A stretch of DNA of 64,000 nucleotides from Candidatus Hydrogenedentota bacterium. GTDB taxonomy: Bacteria; Hydrogenedentota; Hydrogenedentia; Hydrogenedentales; SLHB01. Shown in pieces: positions 51,770 through 62,500 of the stretch. The stretch lies in the NCBI GenBank assembly GCA_963668025.2, contig CAXXTH010000017.1, positions 896,001 through 960,000 of the forward strand. Direction: 5' to 3'. How positions within the stretch are numbered: position 1 is the stretch's first letter; each line of letters opens with the position of its first letter. The notes beneath the pieces were generated by a model. It was given only the letters and a program-made list of their open reading frames with translations, did not search any database and was not told the origin of the DNA. A program made the translations under genes and the position numbers.

Positions 51770-53729
51770 TGCATCGAAGAACACCGCCAGCGGCGCGCCC
51801 GTCCCGCCGGATGCCTGGAGCATGCCTGAAGATGATCCGGGCGAGTTCGATGAGTTGATTTGGCCCGGCATCAGCAGGCAAAAGAAAAAAACTGCGCCTG
51901 CGCCCATGCCGCCCGCCTCTTTGCCTGCCGCGCCGAAACCGGTATTTGATGAACTGCCTGTGTTCGACTCCCTTGAAGCGGAGCCGCCCGCGCCAAAACC
52001 ATCCGCGCAACAGCCCGCGCCCGTGGAAGCCACGGATTTCTTTTCATTGCTCGCGGCGGAATCGGCCCTTGAACACACTCCTGAACACCAAGAAGACACC
52101 AGCTTCGAGGCCTTGCGCAAAGATGCGGTATTGGGCCAGCAGCGGAAGTTTTATCACCGTACGCTGAGCGACTACCTGATCGAGTCGTCTACGCCCATTC
52201 TTATTTTCCTGATGGTCCTATCCGTGGTCGAATTTTTGCTCGAGGTGCGTTTCGTATACACCGAGAAACACGCCATGAACATCCAAATCGTGGCGTTCTT
52301 CTTTTTCATGGGCGTCGTGGCGCTCAACCGGCTCATCGCCCGCGATGGCGTAGACGAATCTCTGCTCTACATCCTCGCGCTGGGCGGCGCATCCATCCTG
52401 TATACGACGGGCTTGCAGGCGTATGGAGCAGGTTCTCTCGGCGGCGCATTCCTGGAAGGCCCTTGGGCGGTTGTATTCAACATGATACTGGTGTTTTTCA
52501 TGTGGGTGCTCACGAGCCGTCTGACACATGAGTGCTGCGTGGATTCCCACCCGGAAGCGGGGGATATCGGCATTCTGACCGGCACGGCGCGCCGTTTGAG
52601 CGAAGCCCTGGCGCCCCGCGAAAAGCCGCCCGCGCCGGTGAAGCCGCGCACGGTATTCCACGGCCTCGTGGACGAATATGTCCCCATGGACCCCGGCGAA
52701 TGGAAGCCGCCGGAGAAAAAGAAAGCCCCGCCGGTCGCCGCCGCTAATAAACGCCTGGGCAGCCGCCATCCAGGCATCTCGATTCTGCTGTTCAGCGTGC
52801 CAGTCATGTTTGTGTTCGCCGTGGGCCATCGCGTCGTGCAGCACGGCGGCGAAGGCATGTTGCGGCGCACGAATGCGTATGTGCTGGCATATACTGCGGT
52901 GGCTTTGTCGCTGCTCATGCTCACGAGCCTGGGCAAACTCCGCGAATACTTCCGCGTGCGGCGCACTAAAATCCCAAACGCCCTATCCATTTTCTGGATC
53001 GGACTCGGGGCGTTCATGGTGGCGCTGGTGTTGTTCGGGGCGGCTGCGCTGCCCCATCCCGATGCGCCGCCTCTGGCCCATGTGGCCAAGCATGAATACG
53101 ACCCTTGGAATCCCGGCTCCACCTTCCAGCTCCGCAATGAGCTGGTCTCGAAAGAAAAACAGGCCATGCAAAACGCTTTTGCCCGGCGCGTGGGGCAAGT
53201 GGTGCTCGGTATGCTGGGGCTTTTTATACTTTATGGCTTGCTGCGCGCGGCGTCCGCCGGAGCATTCGCACTCGCGCGCCGGCGGGATATTCTGCCTGGC
53301 TTTTTAGCCCGTTTTTTTGTCCACCTGGATCGGGGGCTCCAGCGGCTGTCGAATTTGCCTCGTTTGCCCCAATGGCGCAAGCAGGTCCGTGTTCGTCCTG
53401 AGGTGGCTTCATGCAGTATTTACCGCAATCCTTTAAGCGATCCTCGCGCGGCAAGCATGGGCATCAACGGCCAAGTGGAATACGCCTATGCGGCCCTGTG
53501 CGCCCTCGCGCTCGATCTGGGCCATCCCAAAGAACCGGGCCAAACGCCGTACGAATTTCTCGATCAATTCCCCCAGGCGCTCGATCGCTTGCGCGAGGAA
53601 GCCACGGATCTGACCCATTTGCTGGTTCAATCGATATATGCAGGCGTGCGCTTGGATGAAAAAGCCGCCGACCGCCTGCGGCGTTTCTGGCTTTCCTACG
53701 AACGCGTCCGCAACCGCATCGTGCGGTGA
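51738..53729 (+). CDS. Membrane protein with a C-terminal DUF4129 domain
   Basis: Pro-rich N-terminus, multiple TMs, C-terminal Y.AL...G.PK.PGQTPYEF...LT.L...Y. Confidence 0.7.
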   Translation: MNSHPPKSDDDASKNTASGAPVPPDAWSMPEDDPGEFDELIWPGISRQKKKTAPAPMPPASLPAAPKPVFDELPVFDSLEAEPPAPKPSAQQPAPVEATDFFSLLAAESALEHTPEHQEDTSFEALRKDAVLGQQRKFYHRTLSDYLIESSTPILIFLMVLSVVEFLLEVRFVYTEKHAMNIQIVAFFFFMGVVALNRLIARDGVDESLLYILALGGASILYTTGLQAYGAGSLGGAFLEGPWAVVFNMILVFFMWVLTSRLTHECCVDSHPEAGDIGILTGTARRLSEALAPREKPPAPVKPRTVFHGLVDEYVPMDPGEWKPPEKKKAPPVAAANKRLGSRHPGISILLFSVPVMFVFAVGHRVVQHGGEGMLRRTNAYVLAYTAVALSLLMLTSLGKLREYFRVRRTKIPNALSIFWIGLGAFMVALVLFGAAALPHPDAPPLAHVAKHEYDPWNPGSTFQLRNELVSKEKQAMQNAFARRVGQVVLGMLGLFILYGLLRAASAGAFALARRRDILPGFLARFFVHLDRGLQRLSNLPRLPQWRKQVRVRPEVASCSIYRNPLSDPRAASMGINGQVEYAYAALCALALDLGHPKEPGQTPYEFLDQFPQALDRLREEATDLTHLLVQSIYAGVRLDEKAADRLRRFWLSYERVRNRIVR

Positions 53730-53755
53730 AACGAGGCTTCGTAGGATCGGCGGGA

Positions 53756-55327
53756 TTAGCTTTCTCCCGCGCCGCCCCAGGCGTACAGCGTCACATCGGC
53801 GCTGGAAGCTTCATCCAGCTTCTTCATGTTGCCCTCCACCCAGGCGACCTCCGGTGCAAACCGTGCATGGAAACTAAACCGCCGCCATTCCGCCAAATAA
53901 AAACCTTTGGGATGCGCCGCCATGTAGGTTTTCAAATCATCCAAGAAGGGGAGGCCCGGCAAGCCGGATTCGATGGTTTCATATTGCAAGGCGCGGCTAG
54001 GATACCATTCGTCAATACGGCCCACATAATACAGGACGGGAAGCGCCGTTGTGCTGAGCACCACGGTGTCCGGGGTGAGATGCTCGCGCACATACGAGCA
54101 GGGTTTTCGCCATTGCGGATGGCGGCGCGCCAAAGTCACGTGCGCACCCGCCGCCGCATGAATCGAGTCGCCTGTCAAGCGCGCTGCCGATACCCCCAGC
54201 CGCGCCAGAAACAACACCAGCAGAATCGCCAACGCCCGATCAAACCGGCCCCGTTTGGGCGCTGCAAGAAAACGCACGATCACCACGAGACCATATGAAA
54301 ACACCGCGATGAAAAATGGCCACGCGAAAAACAGAAACCGATCGCGCCGGTAGCCAACAAGAAAACTGAGCACCAAAAATGGAGCCCACCACCCAAGGGC
54401 GGCGTAGAAGCTGCGGCGGTTCCGCCGCACCAGCATGGCGGCAGTTCCCACGAGCATGGCGAAAATATAGCCCGAGCTGAGATTGGTGCGAATCCATTTC
54501 GCGTAAAACCAGGGATCCGACTGTATATAGTCACGCAAATCCGCGGGCTGCGAGCCGCCTAATCCCGCATTGGCTCCAAAAATGACGGATTTTTCAAATG
54601 GACTGAGCAGCAGAAAGTAGGCGCATAACACCAGTCCGGCGGATACAAGCGCGCCCGCGAAAACGGCCGCTTCGCGGGAGTCCCATCGCCTGGCGTACAA
54701 GGCCATGCATCCCGTGTACGCCAATACGGATGCCAAGTAAAAAAGGCTGTGGAAGGAGATCAAGTTCCCGAGCGCCAGCAGGCAAAAGGCCGCCGCTCCC
54801 CATCGTATGGCGCGCGCGCGTGTTTCCGATTCGAGCGCCGCCCACACGCACCACAAAAAGCCCAAATAGACGGTGGCTTGAAAGGTGTAGAATCGCGCTT
54901 CCCGTGACCACGCGACACTCCAAGGCGAGAGCGCGTAGAAAAACACGGCGATTAATGCGGTGGGCGCGCCTAGCAAGCGCCGGATGAGCAAATAAAGCAG
55001 CACCACGTTCGCTGTGGCGAACAGCACGGAGGGGATGCGTACGGCGATTTCACCATCACCTGCCATATAAATGAAAACGCCCAAAATATAGCTATAGGCA
55101 ATGGCGTTTTGATAAACACCCCCGCCAGGCAAACGCGGCACGCCCGTGTCCGCCACGCTTTTCCCCGCGAACACATGCACCAATTCGTCATGCCATAGAC
55201 TAGGACCGGCCAAGTTCGCCACACCAAGCGCCAGCGCGGCGGCGGCGGCCAATGACACGAGCGCCACGCGCCAAGGCTTGCCCGGCCCTTCATTGAGCAG
55301 ATGCATTGCCCATTTATGTATCAACAT
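53756..55327 (-). CDS. GT-C fold glycosyltransferase (GT39/ArnT-like)
   Basis: SLWHDE, GEIAVRIPS, SPW..AWSREARFY, multiple TMs. Confidence 0.85.
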   Translation of the reverse strand: MLIHKWAMHLLNEGPGKPWRVALVSLAAAAALALGVANLAGPSLWHDELVHVFAGKSVADTGVPRLPGGGVYQNAIAYSYILGVFIYMAGDGEIAVRIPSVLFATANVVLLYLLIRRLLGAPTALIAVFFYALSPWSVAWSREARFYTFQATVYLGFLWCVWAALESETRARAIRWGAAAFCLLALGNLISFHSLFYLASVLAYTGCMALYARRWDSREAAVFAGALVSAGLVLCAYFLLLSPFEKSVIFGANAGLGGSQPADLRDYIQSDPWFYAKWIRTNLSSGYIFAMLVGTAAMLVRRNRRSFYAALGWWAPFLVLSFLVGYRRDRFLFFAWPFFIAVFSYGLVVIVRFLAAPKRGRFDRALAILLVLFLARLGVSAARLTGDSIHAAAGAHVTLARRHPQWRKPCSYVREHLTPDTVVLSTTALPVLYYVGRIDEWYPSRALQYETIESGLPGLPFLDDLKTYMAAHPKGFYLAEWRRFSFHARFAPEVAWVEGNMKKLDEASSADVTLYAWGGAGES

Positions 55328-55508
55328 GGCTCATGTTTCCATTTTTCTATTCCGCGTAGCATGGGCGTCCCGCCCATGCGCATGGCCGGGACGGCCATGC
55401 TACGAGAAGCGCATAGTTCTTTTCTCTTACCCGGCGATGAGGGGTCTATTCCATTGCATTCTCGCTCTTCATTTCGTATACTTCGCGACGTGCAAGTTGT
55501 ATTGCGCC

Positions 55509-55595
55509 GCCGGGATGGCGAAATCGGCAGACGCGCCGGACTCAAAATCCGGTTTCCGCGAGGAAGTGGGGGTTCGACTCCCCCTCCCGGCACCA
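55509..55595 (+). tRNA. tRNA-Leu(CAA)
   Basis: GCCGGGA/TCCCGGC acceptor stem plus ACCA; anticodon arm CCGGA-CTCAAAA-TCCGG; long variable arm; GGTTCGACTCC. Confidence 0.96.
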
Positions 55596-55799
55596 TTGAA
55601 AACAAAGGACTTACATAAATCTGTGAGTCCTTTCTTTTTTTGCCCATAGGGCCGCTTGGACCAAAACGGTGACACGCCCCCAAAAATCCGCCATCAATCC
55701 CTAATTTGTATTCGCCTAATAAGGGGATGATAGCATGGCGGCACAGGAAAGGGCCAAGCAGGCCTTCCTGCTATTGCCAAGTTCTGGATTCATCTCTTG

Positions 55800-57621
55800 G
55801 AGGCATTTGCGAAATAAAGAAAATCCGTATTGACAAGGGTTTACAAAGCGGCGGAATTGGCGCCTACCCCGGAGAATGCGGGGAAAGGGGCTTGGCGGGG
55901 GCATGAATAAGGATTTTTTGTGAAAAATCACCCCAAATGCCCTCGGCGAGCGGGAAAAGGCGTAACGTCTCCCGTGTGTGATTGTAGTATAGTTGACCAC
56001 ATAACCACGCACACACCAAGGAGACGTTTGCGATGGCCATTATACACCAAATGGGGTTGTTCTCGTGGAACCAGGTCGACGCGGCGTCGGATCTGGATCG
56101 GCTGAACCTGTTGCTGGCGGCGCTGCCGGATGAAGATTTGATGCGGGCGATGGAAGCCGAACGCAAGGGGCGGCGCGACGATTATCCTATCCGCGCGATG
56201 TGGAACAGCATACTGGCGGGGATCGTCTTCCAGCACGACGGCGTCGAAAGCCTGCGCCGCGAACTAGCCCGAAACGGGCAATTGCGCCAGTTGTGCGGAT
56301 TCGACGTGTTGCGGGGCGCCAAGGCGGTCCCGCCCGAATGGGTGTACACGCGGTTCTTCGCCAGATTACTGCGCCACTGGAAAGAAGTGGACCGGATGTT
56401 CGACGCGCTCATCGTCCGGCTGATGGAACGCTTGCCGGATCTCGGGGTGCGTCTGGCCGTAGACTCGAAAGCCATCCAAACCCACGCCAAGCCTCCGCGC
56501 AAAGACGCGGTCCTGGAAAACGAAGAGCCGGACGGGCGGCGCGACCGCGACGCAGACTGGGGCACGAAAACCTACAAGGGCGTTCACAAGGACGGCACGC
56601 CCTGGGAGAAGGTCAAACGGTGGTTCGGCTACAAGCTGCACCTCATCGTGGACACGAAATATGAATTGCCGCTGGGCTACGCGGTCACGAAAGCCAGCGC
56701 CAACGACTCGCCCTTTCTGCTGCCCCTCGTGGCGGCTCTCGACGCGCGCCACCCCGAACTCGTCCAACGCGCCGAGTACCTCAGCGCCGACAAGGGCTAT
56801 GATTCCGAAGCCAACAACAAGGGCCTCTTCGAGGAACATGAAATCCGGCCCATCGTGGACATCCGGGCGACCTGGAAAGAAGAACCGGAACGGCCCCGCC
56901 CTTTATATCCCGAACGGGTAGACACGATCTTCCATACCGAACGAGGTGAAGTCCTCTGCCGGTGTCGTAACGGCGCCCCAAACGAACGCGACAACTATGA
57001 TTCCATGGCCTACCAAGGATTCGAGCAAGATCGGGGAACCTTGAAATACCGTTGCCCAGCCAAGGCACGCGGGAGCGCCTGTACCCAGCAAGACCTCTGC
57101 AACCAAGGATGCCAGCCCGAACACGGACGGATTGTCCGCGTGCCCATCGCTATCGACCGGCGCATCTTTACCCCCCTGCCCCGCAGCGCCAAATCCTGGC
57201 GCCGCGAATACAAACACCGCACCGCCATCGAGCGAGTCAACAGCCGACTCGACGGCGCATACGGATTCGAGCGCCACTACATCCGCGGTATGAAAAAGAT
57301 GCGCGCCCGCACCGGATTAGCCCTCCTCGTCATGCTCGGCATGGCCCTGGGATGGCTCGAAGCCGGCCAGGCAGAACGCATGCGCTCGCTCCTCGGACAG
57401 CCCCGCGCCGCATAGATCACATCGAATCCGCACAAGCAATGATGGCCCGAATCAAGGGCAAACCATGCCCATTCGGGCCGCAAGGGTCCTACACGCGAAC
57501 CTCCTGCATGATTTATTGCACCCGTAGCGGAGGCGTAATCCCATTGCCACAGGCGAAAACCGCTCCGCGTGTGCCCGCACCGTCCGCGCGTTCGCAAACC
57601 ACGCTATTTCGCAAATGCCTC
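55800..57621 (+). mobile_element. Insertion sequence (IS1182/IS5-like), 1822 bp
   Basis: Perfect 17-bp IRs GAGGCATTTGCGAAATA; 5-bp TSD TCTTG at 55795-55799 and 57622-57626. Confidence 0.92.
56033..57415 (+). CDS. DDE transposase (DUF772-like N-terminus)
   Basis: AVDSK, D.DA.WG.K, WFGYKLHL, ADKGYD, YKHRTAIERVNSRL. Confidence 0.92.
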   Translation: MAIIHQMGLFSWNQVDAASDLDRLNLLLAALPDEDLMRAMEAERKGRRDDYPIRAMWNSILAGIVFQHDGVESLRRELARNGQLRQLCGFDVLRGAKAVPPEWVYTRFFARLLRHWKEVDRMFDALIVRLMERLPDLGVRLAVDSKAIQTHAKPPRKDAVLENEEPDGRRDRDADWGTKTYKGVHKDGTPWEKVKRWFGYKLHLIVDTKYELPLGYAVTKASANDSPFLLPLVAALDARHPELVQRAEYLSADKGYDSEANNKGLFEEHEIRPIVDIRATWKEEPERPRPLYPERVDTIFHTERGEVLCRCRNGAPNERDNYDSMAYQGFEQDRGTLKYRCPAKARGSACTQQDLCNQGCQPEHGRIVRVPIAIDRRIFTPLPRSAKSWRREYKHRTAIERVNSRLDGAYGFERHYIRGMKKMRARTGLALLVMLGMALGWLEAGQAERMRSLLGQPRAA

Positions 57622-57754
57622 TCTTGAAGCCATTGTTGCAAACGGCGGAAAACCATGCTAGGATTTCCGCATGGGTTCGATTGCGTGGCAATCGGAGGTA
57701 AATTTGGATGGTCGGGCCGCCGTCCTCTTCAATTTGAATTGAGGAGGATAGGCT

Positions 57755-58111
57755 ATGGCCGGTTTTAATCACCCTAATCACACCAATCCGCAAGAAAAAA
57801 AAGAACAAAGCACTTGTGCGTTGCTGTTACGCGTGTTTTGGATGTTCCTTGGCAATTCGGTTCTTGCATTAAGCGCGCTTCTGATTATGCAAAAAGGAAT
57901 GTCCTTCTCTCCTATAGACATCCTCTATTGGCTGATCATACCTCTTCTTATAGCAGCAAGGTATGCGGATATTTCTTGGTTCAAAGGGGACACCGCTTAC
58001 GGGGAGCCGGCCTCAATGACTCATTGGCGGCAGTATGCTGTTAAGCTCCTGCTTATTGGAGCCGGGGTGTGGTTCGCCGCCCATGGCGCTGGATATTTAA
58101 TCGCCAAATAA
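57755..58111 (+). CDS. Hypothetical 3-TM membrane protein (island cargo)
   Basis: GAGGAGG RBS; upstream TTGCAA-N17-TAGGAT; three hydrophobic helices. Confidence 0.7.
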   Translation: MAGFNHPNHTNPQEKKEQSTCALLLRVFWMFLGNSVLALSALLIMQKGMSFSPIDILYWLIIPLLIAARYADISWFKGDTAYGEPASMTHWRQYAVKLLLIGAGVWFAAHGAGYLIAK

Positions 58112-58374
58112 AACTGCATTTCAGTTGCACTGGTGAATGGCGTTTTTATGCCTGCATCCTCGTGTCGACTACTTTGTGCCCGCTCCTGGAAGAATATATC
58201 ATGCGTATGTACTGGAAAAATGACGTAAAACCGCCTACCTGTCATCCTCGCGAAAGCGGGAGGTCGACTCCCCTTCCCGGCGCCATTGATAACAAAGGGC
58301 TTGCGAAGATTCGCAAGCCCTTTTCTTTGGTGCGCCCGGCAGGGCGTGTTTACTTGAAGGTGCAAGTCCTTTAC

Positions 58375-60065
58375 CCTAAAAAAGGCAGTAAGAGCTTGCT
58401 TTGGGATTTTTCCGGCCCAATTTTGTAAAGAAATAACTGTCCTGGCCCGCTCTTTACGTTGGCGCCGACAGCAGGTTGGGGGTGGCCAGCGGCCTTCCCT
58501 CGAGTATTTTGGCGAAGATCCGGCTGAGGATCGTCCGCCATCGTTCGTTCCAGTTCAACTGCCGCGCAGTTGCTTTCACCTCCAATAAAAAGGCGTTTAC
58601 GGATTTCAGAACTTGTTCCATAGCATGTCCTTGCGCATGCACGGGGGTGATGGTGAGCGTGGTTTGGCCTCCGTGGCGGGTCTGCTGTCCCACACCATAC
58701 AGCAGCAGAGGGCGGCTTGTGATCGCTTCGGCGTGGCGCTCCGGAATGGCCAAGCGCACGTACAAAGACCACCAATTGTAAATCAGGGCTATGATTCGCG
58801 CCATGATTTGGCAGCGCTTCATATCGTGGGTGGTATACCCGCCCCACCCCCACTGGTTTTTCTGTTCATCGTAGATGTTTTCCGCATCGCCCCGGTCGCG
58901 ATAATGCTGGGCCAAGGCCGATAGGGGGTCTGTCAGCGAAGTGGCCAGCAGCGCGTATTCATACTGCTGCACGGCTCCCGCTTGGATCTCGATGAGCTGT
59001 AGTTGGGGGGAGGGGTCAGGCAATAGCGGCTCCGTTTCCAGAACGATACTCCCTTTGAGCTTGCGCCGCAGAACGATTACCCGGCGTTTGCTCGTCCATC
59101 CCATAAGCTCCAGACGGTCTTCCAAACCTTCCCAGCCTTGGCCTGCTGGCGTCCAGTCCTTAGAACAAAAGGCCTGCTGGATAAGCCGTTTCACGTTGCT
59201 GGTCTGCCGCAATTTGAACAGATAGGGCACTCCGCGCGCTTCGGCTTCGCTCATGTCGCGTTCGTTGCCGAAGGCGCAGTCGCCGCGAATCATGCCCGGC
59301 CAGGCCGCGCGCGGCAAGCCATCGAGAAAATGCCACAATCCAGGCATGGTGTATTTCGCCGCCGTCTCGTTGCCCGGCCGGACTTCCACGTCCAGCACCA
59401 AGCGCGTGTTCGCCATAAAATAGGTATGCAGCACATGAGAAGGACGGCCCTGTTTCGCCGGATTGTAGCCCAGCACGGCCCCTTCTTGATGGCCGAACAG
59501 GGGCTTCACGCTTGTATCCACGTCCAAAATCCAAGGCTCATAAAGCAACGGCTCATAACAGCGGCGCAGGTGCTTCTGTAGCCAGCCCGCGCAGGCTTCC
59601 CCGTCCGCCAGAATAAATGCCCGCCGCGCCGAGGAGGCGCTCATGATCTTGCTCATACCCAGCAAGCCCGGGTTCACCGCGTCGTAACGGACCGCGTCAA
59701 TGTGCGCATAGCGGGTGTGGCCCGCCAGCACTGATAAAAATAGCGTGCCCAGCACATCCCTCTTGCGCGGCGCATTATTGCTGGCGTACGCCAGCGGACA
59801 GTCCTCCACCCACGCTTCAAAAAGCTCCGCCGTCTTGAGGAAATCGATAAAGAACGCCAACTGGCCAAACGGCGTCGTTGCCGCCTCCCGGTCCCATTCC
59901 ACATGCACCCGGCCCCCGTAGCTATCTACGAAAATCGGCGCCTCCAAAGACAACCATTCCTCCTCTCCCAATGGGGGAGCATCTTGCTGTTGCGATTCTG
60001 TTTCCATGTTCTTTATCTTGAACTACTTCCTGCTCGACACTCAAGATTCAACTGGCGTTTTTAGG
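58375..60065 (-). mobile_element. IS1380-family insertion sequence (1691 bp)
   Basis: IRs CCTAAAAAAGGCAGT / CCTAAAAACGCCAGT (13/15); 5-bp TSD TTTAC at 58370-58374 and 60066-60070. Confidence 0.9.
58454..60007 (-). CDS. IS1380-family transposase
   Basis: ILDVDTSVKPLFGHQEGA..GYNP.K.GRPSH, RGDCAF, YRDRGDAENIYDEQK. Confidence 0.9.
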   Translation of the reverse strand: METESQQQDAPPLGEEEWLSLEAPIFVDSYGGRVHVEWDREAATTPFGQLAFFIDFLKTAELFEAWVEDCPLAYASNNAPRKRDVLGTLFLSVLAGHTRYAHIDAVRYDAVNPGLLGMSKIMSASSARRAFILADGEACAGWLQKHLRRCYEPLLYEPWILDVDTSVKPLFGHQEGAVLGYNPAKQGRPSHVLHTYFMANTRLVLDVEVRPGNETAAKYTMPGLWHFLDGLPRAAWPGMIRGDCAFGNERDMSEAEARGVPYLFKLRQTSNVKRLIQQAFCSKDWTPAGQGWEGLEDRLELMGWTSKRRVIVLRRKLKGSIVLETEPLLPDPSPQLQLIEIQAGAVQQYEYALLATSLTDPLSALAQHYRDRGDAENIYDEQKNQWGWGGYTTHDMKRCQIMARIIALIYNWWSLYVRLAIPERHAEAITSRPLLLYGVGQQTRHGGQTTLTITPVHAQGHAMEQVLKSVNAFLLEVKATARQLNWNERWRTILSRIFAKILEGRPLATPNLLSAPT

Positions 60066-60089
60066 TTTACAGGCCTGACAGGAGGAACT

Positions 60090-60120
<31 letters not shown>

Positions 60121-61020
60121 AGTGGAATCTGGAGGAAGCCGCAGGCAAATCACTGGCCCGACGAACAGGAACCGCATAAGAGGCAGCCATGCTGGGTGAG
60201 AAGGCCAATAGATTCAAAGCCCCATACCTGTACGGAAAGCATGGAAGTAGATGCGGCGGGCATAAGTGTGAAGGTGAACGCGCATTACCCGAGGAGATCT
60301 GCCAGTCTGCCTTTGCGCTACCAGCGTCGAGAGGCGTTGGGATGGGCTGGCAGAAGTCAGCAGAGGCCATAGTAGTTGGCGTAAGCCAGCGAAGGGCCGA
60401 ACCTACGGGAGGTTGTGTACCGGATTTCTAAGTGCTTTGAGCAGATGCCTCGCAAGAGGGCCTAAAGCTGGAAGTAGCGGGCGGAACTCGCAAGGTAAAG
60501 CTGGGCGCTTATACGGCACAAGGCAACGAGGTAGTAGAAACAAGCGAACGTAGGAACCGCCGTATACGGAACCGTACGTACGGTGGTGTGGGAGGGCGGC
60601 GGAGGCGACTCCGCCCCCTACCCGATGTGTGCCAAGCATGGCGCGGATCTAAGGGGTGTAAGTCCCCTGCAAGCCCTGATGGTGGGAATTGCTAGCCAAG
60701 AGCAAGGGCGTCGCCGCGAGGCGGGGTCTGGAGGAAGCAGGAGGCAAAAGTCGGACTCGACGCACAGAAACCGGATAGAAGGCCGGGGTGGCGGGGCAAG
60801 CCAGCAATGGATGGCGACGCCCAATAACCATTCGGACACACCTTGGTAAATCCGGCGAGGCCCGGCGGAAAGAGGCGCGTCTTACCTTGGGAGACCTGTT
60901 CATCTGTCTGGAAGAGCCAGACTAGCGGGAAGGCAACATGTCGCGAGGGGTGGGCAGGAGTCAGCCGAGGCCATAATACCCGCAAGGGGAAGGGCCGAAT
61001 CGATCATTCAAGGAGCAGCA

Positions 61021-62484
61021 TTGAACGTCTCGTGGGATAGGGAGCGGCAGGAAGTAGCAGGTTGCCAGATGGAGTTCCCACTGGAGTCGGCTTGCCACGG
61101 CGCAATCGGAGAAGGCGGAACCGAATCGGATGCGTTCGAGGCGCGGCAACTATCCCCGGCGGCGAACAAGAGGCGAGCCTTGACGCAAGACTTGATGGAA
61201 CGGGTCGCGAGTCTTGCGAACCTGACGGAAGCGGTACGCCGGGTGCAACGGAACAAAGGCGCGGCGGGTGCGGACGGCATGAGCGTACGCGACCTGAAGC
61301 GTTGGTTTCCGGAACACTGGCGGGGACTGCAAGAGGAACTGACGGCAGGGCGCTACCGTCCCCAACCGGTGTTGGGAGTGCAAATCCCCAAGCCGGGCGG
61401 GGGGATGCGGCAACTGGGCATTCCGACGGTGGTGGACCGAGTCGTGCAACAAGCGCTCTTGCAGGCTCTCGAACCGCTTCTAGACCCGGCCTTCTCGGAA
61501 AGCAGTTATGGATTTCGTCCAAGGCACAATGCACATCAGGCGCTGCGGCAAGCCAGCACGTACGTAAGCGAAGGCCGCTGCATTGTTGTGGACATGGACC
61601 TGGAAAAATTCTTCGACCGGGTCAACCACGACATCCTGATGGCGCGCGTGGCGCGGCACGTGTCAGACAAACGCGTACTCCGACTCATCCGCTGGTTTCT
61701 TGAAGTCGGCATGATGCAGAACGGCGTATGCATCGAACGATACGAAGGGACCCCGCAAGGCGGTCCTCTATCGCCGCTGCTGGCCAACCTGCTCTTGGAC
61801 GACCTGGACAAGGAGTTGGAGAAACGAGGGCATCGTTTTTGCCGCTATGCGGACGACTGCAACATTTACGTGCAGACGATACGCGCGGGAGAACGTGTCC
61901 TGACATCGGTCACGCAGTTCCTTGAGGGGAAGCTGAAACTACGGGTGAACCGCGAGAAGAGCGCGGTGGCGTTCGTGGGAGAGCGGAAATTTTTGGGTTA
62001 TCGCTTGCTGGGTGGGGGGCGATTGGGCATCGCGCCCAAGAGCCTCGACCGGGCGAAAGACCGCATCCGCGACATCACGCGACGCAACCGCGGCGACGCC
62101 AAAGTGCGCCAGATGATTGAGGAGCTCAACAGCTTCCTGAGCGGCTGGATAACCTACTATCGGTTTGCCGAAGCAAAGGGCCATCTGGAACGCCTCGGGG
62201 AATGGATGCGGCGCAAACTGCGCTGCGTCATCCTCAAACGCCTCAAGCGCACGAAAACCATAGCGGACTTCCTTAGAAAACTAGGCGTGCCGCAATTTCA
62301 GGCGTGGATACTCGCAGGGTCCGGGAAGGGCTGGTGGCGCAAAGCGGGGAGTCCTCCCGCGCAACACGCCATGGACAAACAATGGTTCGCGAAACAAAAA
62401 CTGATAGACCCGGTTCAACGGTACGAAACGTTCAAAAATGACCGAAACCGCCGTGGTACCGAGCAGGTATGCCCGGTGGTGTGA
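61021..62484 (+). CDS. ltrA: Group II intron reverse transcriptase/maturase (no endonuclease domain)
   Basis: NKGAAGADG, IPKPGGG.RQLGIPTV.DR, SYGFRP, DLEKFFD, GTPQGGPLSPLLAN, RYADD, FLGY, GW..YY; exact start uncertain. Confidence 0.93.
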   Translation: MNVSWDRERQEVAGCQMEFPLESACHGAIGEGGTESDAFEARQLSPAANKRRALTQDLMERVASLANLTEAVRRVQRNKGAAGADGMSVRDLKRWFPEHWRGLQEELTAGRYRPQPVLGVQIPKPGGGMRQLGIPTVVDRVVQQALLQALEPLLDPAFSESSYGFRPRHNAHQALRQASTYVSEGRCIVVDMDLEKFFDRVNHDILMARVARHVSDKRVLRLIRWFLEVGMMQNGVCIERYEGTPQGGPLSPLLANLLLDDLDKELEKRGHRFCRYADDCNIYVQTIRAGERVLTSVTQFLEGKLKLRVNREKSAVAFVGERKFLGYRLLGGGRLGIAPKSLDRAKDRIRDITRRNRGDAKVRQMIEELNSFLSGWITYYRFAEAKGHLERLGEWMRRKLRCVILKRLKRTKTIADFLRKLGVPQFQAWILAGSGKGWWRKAGSPPAQHAMDKQWFAKQKLIDPVQRYETFKNDRNRRGTEQVCPVV

Positions 62485-62500
62485 GAGGGGGGGACCGTGA

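Larger units (their letters stand above)
55574..58302. mobile_element. tRNA-Leu-anchored mini-island bounded by direct repeats (attL/attR-like), no integrase
   Basis: 55574-55612 and 58264-58302 match at 35/39 (tRNA 3' end plus start of the terminator). Confidence 0.75.

Noticed and set aside
61021-62484. RT as a retron, DGR or defence RT
   Set aside because: The flanking D1-D6 intron structure and maturase domain identify it as a group II intron protein.
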